From contig NC_068985.1 in NCBI RefSeq assembly GCF_001194135.2, positions 53,769,903 through 53,833,902 on the forward strand: a stretch of DNA of 64,000 nucleotides, given 5' to 3'. Shown one piece after another: positions 11,100 through 21,325 of this stretch. A program made the translations under genes and the position numbers. Below the pieces are notes generated by a model. That model had not been told where the DNA came from. It saw only the letters and a program-made list of their open reading frames with translations, and did not search any database. This DNA is from Octopus bimaculoides (Eukaryota). How positions within the stretch are numbered: position 1 is the first letter of the stretch; each line of letters opens with the position of its first letter.

Positions 11100-11850
11100 C
11101 CTTCTCATATCTACTTCTCAGTAAACTCACAAAACTTCCATTCTTTTCTAGTATCTCACCTCAACTTAGATCTTATATTTCTGTAAGTTAAGATTATCAT
11201 CTCTATCCTTCAGATGATATACTGTACAGTTAAGATATGTCATTCTTGTCTTACATATGAAGTATCTGTGAGCCAAGATTTATCTACTTTGTGCTAGAAA
11301 TGGTACATCTTAACTCACAAATATCTGTGAGTTAAGATGTATGCCTACAGTTCTAAAGTTGTTGTATCTGAGAATTAAGATGCATCTTCCTGTACTATAG
11401 ATGATATATTCCAGAGTTAAAAGGTGGTGTCTTCATACAACATATGGTGTATCTTAAAGTTAAAATGTTATATTACCTTTTACTTGTAATACAAGGTAAT
11501 ATTACTGAAAGTTAAGATCTATCATTTCTGTATTACAAATGAGTTAGGATCTATCCTTCAAGTGCTTAGATCTGTCCTCACTGTTCTACTGATGAGTTAG
11601 GATTTGTTCTCATTGTACCACCGATGAGTTAAGATCTATCCCTGCACTACAGATGAGTTGAGATTTATCCTCTCTATATAACAGATATTCTATTTGAGAA
11701 TTTAGACCTAACATCTTTGTATTACAGATGAGTTAAGATCTGTTCTCTCTGTATTACAGATGACTTAAAATCTATCTTTCATATACTTCACATCAGTTAA
11801 GCGCTATCCTTTATTTACTACAGATATTATATTTGAGAGTTAAGACATTT
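11100..11850. repeat. degenerate intronic minisatellite, ~31-bp core GAGTTAAGATCTATCCTCTCTGTATTACAGAT
   Basis: Many recurrences of (G)AGTTAAGAT and TACAGATGAG, running up to the exon-2 acceptor. Confidence 0.75.
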
Positions 11851-11880
11851 ATTGTTTACTATGTTTCATTATCATTTTAG

Positions 11881-11994
11881 AATGTCTTGAGACCCAATTC
11901 CATTGTAAACTGTCCGGAGAATGTATTCCTGGAGAATCTTACTGTGATGGTCATGCTCTATGTCAAGATCTCACTGATGAACCACACAATTGTA
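11881..11994 (+). CDS. LDLa repeat exon 2: CLETQFHCKLSGECIPGESYCDGHALCQDLTDEPHNC
   Basis: CATTTTAG| acceptor and A|GTAAGT donor, 114 nt, phase 1-1, six Cys. This frame is absent from the supplied ORF track and was read manually. Confidence 0.9.
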
Positions 11995-12218
11995 GTAAGT
12001 TATCAAGAATTGTCTATAATACTTTTAAGGTCAAAACTATTGACACCTCTCACCTGCAACGTTTTGTTTTCATTTTCTGACATAATCCTCACTCCTACTC
12101 TCTACTACACAGTTTAATTGCAATTAAAGGATGGCCTGCATGGAAATTAACTAATGTTGTTTCTCAAAGTTCTGCTGCACAAGTGAATCCAAAAGACCTA
12201 GCATTCAGCAATAAAGCA

Positions 12219-12262
<44 letters not shown>

Positions 12263-12475
12263 CCTTTCTATTATAGGCACAAGGCCTGAAAATTGGGGGA
12301 TGGGGATAGTTGATTACATCGATCCCAGTACTCAACTGGTATTTCATTTATCGACCATGAAAGGATGAAAGGCAAAGTCGACCTCAGTGGAGTTTGAACT
12401 CACAACGTAGTGATGGGCAAAATATTGCTATAAACATTTCGTCCAGCATGCTAAAGATTTTGCCAGCTCACCACC

Positions 12476-12477
<2 letters not shown>
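12263..12477 (-). mobile_element. tRNA-derived SINE embedded in (AAT)n
   Basis: Reverse complement of the 10184-10360 family, with (AAT)n on both sides. Confidence 0.85.
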
Positions 12478-12512
<35 letters not shown>

Positions 12513-12884
12513 TAATAATAATGATAATAATAATAATAATAATAATAATGATGATGATAATAATGACAACAACAACAACAATAAAGTAATTACTTTTTCC
12601 ATAGAGTATTGATGAATATTTGATATACAGTCTACATTAGTTCTTCCTCAGTTGTAATAGTAGTAGCTTGAGTAGTACTGGTGATGGTAGTAGTAACAGT
12701 GCTTTGTGTAGTGGTGGTGGTGGTATAGGTGACAGAAATTGTGATAGTCGTGGTGGTGGTAGTAGTAATAATAGTATTGGTGGTGGGAGTAGAGGGTAGC
12801 AGGGTGATGTAAATGGTGTTAAAAGAAATGAAGAACCAGTTCATGAAACTCTTCTTTTTTTGTCTTCTTCTTCTCTCCCATTAG

Positions 12885-12995
12885 CATGCAACCCCAAATG
12901 GCACATAGAATGTGCCAACCATCGATGTCTTCCAAAGTCTTTCAAATGTGATGCAATTAATCAATGTGGAGATTTCAGTGATGAAGTAAATTGCA
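12885..12995 (+). CDS. LDLa repeat exon 3: [36 protein letters not shown]
   Basis: Long pyrimidine tract ending CCCATTAG| and A|GTAAGT donor, 111 nt, phase 1-1. Six Cys and CGDFSDE motif. Confidence 0.92.
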
Positions 12996-13149
12996 GTAAG
13001 TGTTTCATCCTCTTATCTCTTAAATTATTTATTCACATAACAGCACAATTACAAAATATTTTATTCTTAAATTGTAAAGTATGTCCATGGATATTAACTG
13101 GCTGGGTATCATCAATATTACACACACACACACACACACGCACGCATGC

Positions 13150-13190
<41 letters not shown>

Positions 13191-15182
13191 ACATATTCTT
13201 TTATTCTTTATTTGTTTCAGTCATTTGACTGTGGCTATACTGGGGGTACTGCCTTGAAGGGTGTTAGTTGAACAAATCGACCCCAGGACTTTTTTAAAGC
13301 CTGGTACTATTCTATCAGTTCCTTTTGCTGAATTGATAAGTTATGGGGGTGTAAACACACCAATACTGGTTATCAATTGGTGGTGATAGACAAACACACA
13401 CATACACTTTCACATGCACACACACTCGTACATGCACACATATATATATATATGACAGGCTTTCAGTTTCAGTCTACGAAATTCACTCACAAGGTTTTGG
13501 TTGGCCTGAGGTTATAGTAGAAAACTTTTGATCAAAGTGACATGCAGTGGGACTGAACCTGGAACAACGTGGCTGGGAAGCCAGCTTCTTACCACACAGC
13601 CATGCCTATATGATAAAATATTATAAACAGAAGTTTATATCAGTTTTTCTTTGTGTACATTTCACACTTGTGATTGTTTGAGAGCTCTGCATTGGTTGTC
13701 TCATTTGATGTCTGTAACATAATGCAATAAGATGTTCTAATGATCTGCAGTGGTTCAGCATCCAATTGCACTTGGAACATCCAATGCAGAGATTCCAGAC
13801 AGCCACAATAATGAAATCTATAATATGTAGGGAAATAAACAATATAAACTTGTGTTTAGTATAATTTCTCTTACATTTGCTCTGCATATCATAACCAGTT
13901 ATTACTATTAATATAATAGTAAATAACCACTACATTGGAAGCAGACTGGATGATGACAATCTACAAGGAGCTCTAAACTCAAAAGTAGCAGTCATACATC
14001 TAACTGTACACATCAGATATACTATGTATGTATGTATGTATGTATGTCTCTTCTATTTTTTAATTATCATAAATCTTCCACTGAGGTGGGAGCTAGTTTC
14101 CAACAAAGATATGAGGCTCCATCTTTGGGATGTTGTCAACACAAACAAATTCACATTTGAAACTTGAGAAAAGTCTTGCATATTTTTACTGTTCCACTCA
14201 CAGATTGCATTTGTAATGTATGAATTAGCCGGTATATTTCTCTTTCTGAAAATCTCAGTTTATCCAGATTCTCTTTTAAGCACTTACTTTGTATGTATGT
14301 ATGTATGTATGTATGTATGTATGTATGTATGTATGTATGCATGCATGCATGCATGTATGTATGTATGTATGTATGTATGCATGCATGCATGCATATATGT
14401 ATGTCATTATTCAGTTTTTTTTCAAGATTTCTTACTAATAAAGACAGAGAGCTGGTTTCTAACCTAGATTCCAAGACTCCTTCATTGGAATTTCAACAAC
14501 ATCAACAGGGTAATTTTGTATGTATATATGTTTGCATATGTGCAGATTTTTATGTTTTGTTTTATGTATGTGTTCTCATGCATATGTATGTATGTATATT
14601 GAAAATACTTCACGGAGTGATGACTGTGCCCTGCATAATTACAGGCTGCCCTTTGGCAAGTTATAGCACCTGTTCAGCCACCCTGCCAGGGATATGATGA
14701 AGTCATGAGATTGCAGTATGATTGATTGGGAAGAAATAATGGAAGAGCTCAACTGAGCTAATGGTGTTTCTTACATTGATGCTGAGCAGAGGAATCCGAG
14801 AAGATCAATGATCAGAATCATCAAACTCTATGAAGAGAGTAACTGCAATGCATCCATAGTGTTGGCATCCATGGTTGTGTAATCAGTTAATAAAAGATTC
14901 ACTATGACTCAAGTTCCCAATTTGAATTCATAATAATGGAATTGATGGCAACAGAGTGTCATGCGAATCTGCAAAATAGATAACGAAACAAAGAAAAACA
15001 GTGTATGTATGTATCTATGTCACTGGTCTGGAGAGACTACAGAGGTCATGGACACTGACCCCCTACTCCATTGACTTATACAATATTGCAGGAATGGATT
15101 TGAAGACAAGTTTTTCATGATGAGCCAACTGGCAGGAGACCTAGGAGTAGGCCAAGAATGAAATGGTTGGCGGCGAATGAGA

Positions 15183-15412
15183 AGGCGGCGAGCTGGCAGA
15201 GACGTTAGCACACCGGGCGAAATGCTTAGCGGTATTTCATCTGCCGTTACATTCTGAGTTCAAATCCCGCCGCGGTCAACTTTGCCTTTCATCCTTTCGG
15301 GGTCGATAAATTAAGTACCAGTTACGCACTGGGTCGATGTAATTGACTTAATCTCTTTGTCTGTCCTTGTTTGTCCCCTCTATGTTTAGCCCCTTGTAGG
15401 CAATAAAGAAAT
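15183..15412 (+). mobile_element. young SINE copy with alternative tail, inserted into an RTE-like RT remnant
   Basis: CpGs are intact. 17-bp TSD with one mismatch, AAGAATGA(A/G)ATGGTTGG, at 15154-15170 and 15413-15429. Flanks rejoin to read ...RPRSRPRM(K/R)WLDNI. Confidence 0.8.
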
Positions 15413-16213
15413 AAGAATGAGATGGTTGGATAATATTCAAAGTCTCAGCTGGTGATGCTGATGCTTGGGAATCCAGCAGAAAAGTGTAATAATGGTTACT
15501 TCTGATAGCAATCTACTTCCATGACCCTCCCAGAAATAGTGGTGGAGAAAATGGGTGGATGAATGGATGGATGGATGTTAAAGTGTTGGATAGTGGGTGG
15601 AACAGTGCTGGATATAGGAGTAAGCTAAACAAGTTACAATTTGAGACTTACAATTAGCTGGGCTTGGAATGATTAAGAGATATGCTTTTAATTTTTGTGA
15701 GATCTGATGTAAATGTTTAATGGGAAACTTCCAAACTTTATGTAGCTTAGAGGCTCCCCCATTGTAACAGCATTAAAGAACCCCAAGCAAAGCAATGCAC
15801 TGAGGTCACAACATACAAAATCTTAGCATAGATCAGCACTAAGACACTGGAGCAAGGCATGGACCTCCAACCTGTTGAATCCTGTTGAAACATGCAACCC
15901 ATACCAGCATGGAAAGTGGACATAAGGTTATTATAATTTAATAGGGAAAATGCCACTAGAATCACCTTATCCCCAACAAAAAAGAAGCATAATTAAATTA
16001 ACTATTTTGTACAGGTATGGTTGTGTAACTAAAAAGCTTGTTTTGCAAGCTTTGGGTTCTGTGCCACTGCCTGGCACCTTGGGTAAGTGTCTACTATTAT
16101 AGCTCTGGGTTGACCAATGCCTTGTGAGTGAATTTGCTAGCCTTTGTTTTGTTTTTTTCAATTATTTTTATTGGTGTTCATTTTTGTCCAATTCTCTTTC
16201 TATTGTCTTCCAG

Positions 16214-16324
16214 CTTGTTTTGGCAGTGATTACAAATGTAAGAATGGGATGTGTCTTCCTATAATGAAAGTCTGTAATGGTCAACCAGACTGTGCTGATG
16301 GTGATGACGAATCAAGTGACTGCA
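16214..16324 (+). CDS. LDLa repeat exon 4: CFGSDYKCKNGMCLPIMKVCNGQPDCADGDDESSDC
   Basis: TTGTCTTCCAG| acceptor and A|GTATGT donor, 111 nt, phase 1-1. Six Cys and DCADGDDE motif. Confidence 0.92.
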
Positions 16325-16856
16325 GTATGTAGATCATTTTAACTCTTTTGTTATCATATTTCTGTTGAAATACTTTGCCTTTGATTCAATTAATTTTGAA
16401 AATTATGAAGAATTTAGTGAAATAACTGTCATTGTTAAGGTGATGTTTGGAACATGAATTACTATGAAATTTTGATTAAAATTTCTGTTTTAGACCACTT
16501 TAAAACAGAAAATTTTTTATCACAAAACCAGATGTGCTCTCAGCCCTGGTTGATAGCAATAGGATAAAGTTAAAAAGATATGCTCAGCTTAATGTTTTTG
16601 TTGCCATATTTTCTGTTGAAATATATTTCCTTTATTTAACTTAATTTTGAAAATAATGAAGAACATAGCAAAATAATTTTGCCATTATGGTTGGAATATA
16701 AATTAACATAATCTTAATATGAAGTTTTAATAAAGAATTTAATAAGGTAACTTTGTACTTATTGAACATGAATTTTTGTTGGAAGGTTTGAATTTAGATG
16801 ACTTTAAAAAAAACAAGGGGTTTGTATTAGGAAGTTACGGTTAATGTTGGGAGGAT

Positions 16857-17063
16857 TACTGAACTGCTTTGCCAATGGGTTCCACAAGGTAAAAGAAGAC
16901 ATGGCCGACCAAAGGAAACGTGGCGGAGAACAATAACAAAAAAACTTAAAAGCTGAGGGTTAACAATGGAACAAAGTGTCAAGGATGCTTTTAGTGTTGG
17001 AAGGTGGAATGATCTTGCTGTTGCCTCAAGTGCCACAAGACACAATGAGAACCAAATGTAATG
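16857..17063 (+). mobile_element. 5'-truncated RTE-clade LINE 3' end
   Basis: Perfect 15-bp TSD TAATGTTGGGAGGAT at 16842-16856 and 17064-17078, (TAATG)n tail, remnant W.P.GKRRHGRPKETWRRT. Confidence 0.8.
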
Positions 17064-17870
17064 TAATGTTGGGAGGATGAGTATCAAAAGAGTAAACAAA
17101 TAATTTACATTCTCTCTCAGACCAACTTCATTTCATTACATCATTGTTGTTCTTAAGGTTAACCCTGACCCAGTACACCTTTGGTCAAAGCTAGTCCATC
17201 CATGACCTTCTCATCTTACTTTTCTCTTCAGTCATAATATATTTATGATTACATTATCCAATGTATCCTTTGTTTTTATTGGTTATCTTTCGATTGTTTA
17301 TAAACACAATATGATATGATGTAACAGATATTTAGTTGCTATTTTTAGGAAGTTGGGTAACCACATATAGGATTTATAAGTTCCCTCTCCATTCAGTTTC
17401 ATGATACTTATACAATGTTTATTAATTAAGGACCTAAAGTAACATTCAAAGGATTCTTAACTGTCTGAAAAGGGATCTGAGTTCCCAAACCACAGATTGA
17501 ATTTGACAATTGTGACTGTGTAGTTAAGAAGTTTGCTCCTTAATCACATGCTTTTGAGTTCAATCTTACTGCATGGTACTTTTGGCAAGTGTCTTCTTCT
17601 ATGGCTGTGTAAGTGGATTTGGTAGATGGAAACTGACAGAAGTGTGTGTGTGTTGATATTGCATGATTGTTGTAAATGTATGTCACTGTTAGACAAGCAC
17701 TGTCCTTCATTTCCAATCTCCTGTGAGACCATGTCTGGCCATGGGGAAATATAACTTTACTTGAAAACAGGTGAGGGTTGGCTACAGGAAGGGCATTCAG
17801 CTAAGAATACTTGCCTCAATGAATTCTATCTGGCCCATGTCTATGGAAATATGGAAAAGTGGATATTAAA

Positions 17871-17908
<38 letters not shown>

Positions 17909-18574
17909 TAACAACAACAACAACAGAAATAACTACCCCTTTTTGTTGTCATACAGCTCATGCCACTCTCACATGATATCAAGACAAGGAATCACACACA
18001 TGCATATGCCAACTCTTTGATGCTGTTATTTAGATCATATGAGATCTGTGTGAAGCTTCATAACTGCAACAACAGTAACAACTATATAACTCTGACCAAA
18101 TAATGATATAATGTGCAATCTCATTTATCTGATTGTGGAACAATCCAAATTTAATAATGGCATAATTTGTCCAGTATTGAATTCCCTCTTGTTGTTTGAA
18201 TGATATAAGAAATAAGACAAAGAATACACAAGTTGATAAAGCAGGAATGATTTGATATAGACATAAATTGATACTAATATTAATACTAATAATAATAATA
18301 GTTATCCTTTCTGCTCTAGGTACAAGGCCTGAAATTTTGTGTGGAGGGTATAAGTTATTTTCATTGACCCCAGTGCTCATCTAATTCTTGTTTTATTGAT
18401 CCTGAAAGGATAGCAAACTTTGCCTTCCATTCTTTTGAGGGGTCAATAAAATAAGGAGCAGTTGAGTACTGAGGTCGATATAATCAACTAACCCCACTGT
18501 CTGTAATTGCTGGCATTGTGTTATAGCAGAAAGGATTATTATTATTGTTATTGTTATTATTTTTATAATTATTC

Positions 18575-18759
18575 TGACTGGCCTTCGTGCCGGTGGTGCG
18601 TAAAAGCACCCACTACACTCTCGGAGTGGTTGGCGTTAGGAAGGGCATCCAGCTGTAGAAACTCTGCCAAATCAGATTGGAGCCTAGTGTAGCTATCTGG
18701 TTCACCAGTCCTCAGTCAAATCGTCCAACCCATGCTAGCATGGAAAGCGGACGTTAAAC

Positions 18760-18795
<36 letters not shown>
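18575..18795 (+). mobile_element. RTE-tail repeat with (GAT)n tail
   Basis: Inverted, high-identity partner of 7134-7330 and 3146-3336. Confidence 0.8.
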
Positions 18796-18799
<4 letters not shown>

Positions 18800-19769
18800 C
18801 TACTGGGGTCAGCTTTGCCTTTCATCCTTTCAGGGTTGATAAATTAAGTTCCATTGAAAGACTGGGGTCGATGTAATCAACTAGTTCCCTACCTTCAAAT
18901 TTCAGGCCTTGTGCCTATAGTTGAAAGGATTATTATTATTATAAATAATAATGATAATAATGACTCTGTGGTTGAGAAGTTTGCTTCCAGCCACATGATT
19001 CCAGGTTCAGTCTCACTGTGTGCCACCTTGGGCAAGTGTCTTCTTTTATAACCCCAGGCCAACCAAAGCCTTGAGAATAGATTTGGCACTGAGAAAATGT
19101 ACCTCCTGCATATGTAAACACACACACACACACACATTATATGCATATGTATGTATGTGCACACACATTTTTCTATGTGTGATTGTTTATATCTGTAATC
19201 ACACAAAAGTTTGGCAGGTGATGTTGCTTCCAGTTTCTCGTGTCAACAAATCATTCAGGCACTTCAAAGCTGTGTGAAATAAGTGATTTCTTACTAGAAA
19301 AACAGGTGAGAATTAGCACCAGGAAGAACATCTGACTAAAAGAATTCCTCAACATATTCTTCCAACCCATGCAAGTATGGAAAAGCAGATATAAAACAAA
19401 TAAATGAAATAACTAATATTATCTCAAGCCAAAATTAGTTTGGTACTCTTTTCCCATACATTTCTGTTTGCTACTTGTGTTAGAATCAACAAAAGGGTGG
19501 TTAAGAAGCTCACCTTGCAACCATGTGGTTTTGGGTTCAGTCCCACTGTATGACATTGTGGGCAAGTATCTTGTACTTTAAGAAGTACATATTTTAGTAA
19601 AAATATATTAAAGAATAAGCTACATTTATAGGTTCTGGAATTTAAAGCTTCTTGATGAATCAACAGAAATTTGTGCATGTGTGTATATGCATAAATGTAT
19701 GTGTGTATGTATATGCGTGAGTATGTATGTATGTAAACATATATATATATACATACATACATACATACA

Positions 19770-19805
<36 letters not shown>

Positions 19806-19894
19806 TNNNNNNNNNNNNNNNNNNNNNNNNNNNNNNNNNNNNNTATATATATATATATATGTATGTATTAGAAAAGAATATGTTTTTCTAACAG

Positions 19895-19911
19895 AAAATG
19901 CTAAGATTTAA
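19895..19911 (+). CDS. candidate terminal coding exon ((K)NAKI*)
   Basis: TGTTTTTCTAACAG| acceptor, phase-1 compatible with exon 4, TAA at 19909-11. A competing candidate lies at 17957-17976. Confidence 0.3.
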
Positions 19912-20090
19912 TTAACTGCTACACTACCCATCTATCCTTCTACCATTCCACTTCACTCTTCTAAACTTGAAAGAATTCCTTTGCCACACTTTGTTGTAAA
20001 CATGCCTTTGTGTACGATCAAATGTAATAACGTCTGTGCATTGCCCACACTGCTGTGTACAGCATATAGTTTAGTGGGTTGTGATGGTGC

Positions 20091-20096
20091 AATAAA
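20091..20096 (+). terminator. candidate polyadenylation signal AATAAA
   Basis: Lies 180 nt after the candidate stop and is followed by a GT-rich TGTGTTGTGTTGTT tract about 40 nt downstream. Confidence 0.3.
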
Positions 20097-20322
20097 CCAG
20101 TAAACAACATCTGTAATATTGTAGTGCAGCTACTGTGTTGTGTTGTTATATTATATGGGTTTCATTTATCTATGCATGTGTGTGTGTGTTTGTGTTGGTG
20201 TAGAGTAATGAGTGTGTTCGGGCTAATTGTGATAGATTACCTGCAGTACTAAATAGATTTGTTTCACCATACAATGAAGTTGTATTAATATAGACTTAAA
20301 ATAGCTTCGATAGCATGCAGAA

Positions 20323-20325
<3 letters not shown>

Positions 20326-20407
<82 letters not shown>

Positions 20408-20820
20408 TATTATCACACAATTCCTCTATCAGTCACTCCTTCTCTCTTTTGTCATTCACTCTATCTTGTCTGTCTGTCTCTCTTTCTCTGTCTTCCTCCC
20501 CCCCTCTCTCTGTTTGTCACTCTCTCTCTCTCTCGGTTTGTCACTCTCTCTCTCTCTCGGTTTGTCACTCTCTCTCTCTGTCACTTTCTCTCTGTTTGTC
20601 ACTCTCTCACCCTCTGTGCCACTTACTCACTCACTCACTCTCTCTGTCTCTCACTCACTCTATTTTATTGTCACATTCTTGCTTACACACTTTCTCAATG
20701 TCACTCACTTTCTCTCTTTCTGTTTCTCTCTCTCTCACTCTTACTCCTTATCTCAGTCTCTCACCCACTTTCAGTCTAATTGACAACACTCATCTGTCTG
20801 TCTCTCTCTCTCACTCACTC
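20326..20820. repeat. (CT)n and cryptic CT/CTGT/CACT polypyrimidine tract
   Basis: Seen directly in the sequence. Confidence 0.9.
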
Positions 20821-21234
20821 TCAAAATGTGGGAAAGAAGGTGGAAGAGGAAATAAAAGAGGAAAAACTAAATTCTTTCTCAGAGGATCTGAAATATTGCC
20901 TAAAGGAAATTAAAATTCACACACACACATACACACCCAATCTTACAAACACATATACATACACAAGTACTCACACAAGTATACAAAGAAAAACACACAC
21001 ACAAACAGAAGCACAAACTTAGAAATCACATACATACACAAATACACACACACACACACATGCGCACATATATACATAGAAAATAATTACACATATATCA
21101 TTAATTATGCACTTATAGCAGTTATAAATATATAGCTATACACATAGTATAGTGAATTGTGCATGAATGCATTCATGTTATTCATCTACACATAGCATTT
21201 TTAGTATACTTACTATTTGTCTGTTCTTATATCT

Positions 21235-21245
21235 ATCTGTCTGTC

Positions 21246-21307
<62 letters not shown>

Positions 21308-21325
21308 AATCTATCTATCTATCTC
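21235..21325. repeat. (TATC)n microsatellite
   Basis: Seen directly in the sequence. Confidence 0.95.

Noticed and set aside
12632-12844. Thr-rich mucin-like ORF on the minus strand
   Set aside because: It is a translation of a cryptic (GTA/GTG)n simple repeat on the strand opposite the LDLa gene, with no supporting splice context.
13621-13887. Cys/Trp-containing minus-strand ORF between LDLa exons 3 and 4
   Set aside because: There is no LDLa spacing in any frame and no convincing splice sites.
19981-20103. Cys-rich frame ...CTIKCNNVCALPTLLC...GCDGAINQ*
   Set aside because: No phase-compatible strong acceptor and the Cys spacing is not LDLa. More likely 3' UTR or intron.
20315-20913. 154-aa Ser/Leu-rich ORFs
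   Set aside because: Translations of a (CT)n-derived tract.
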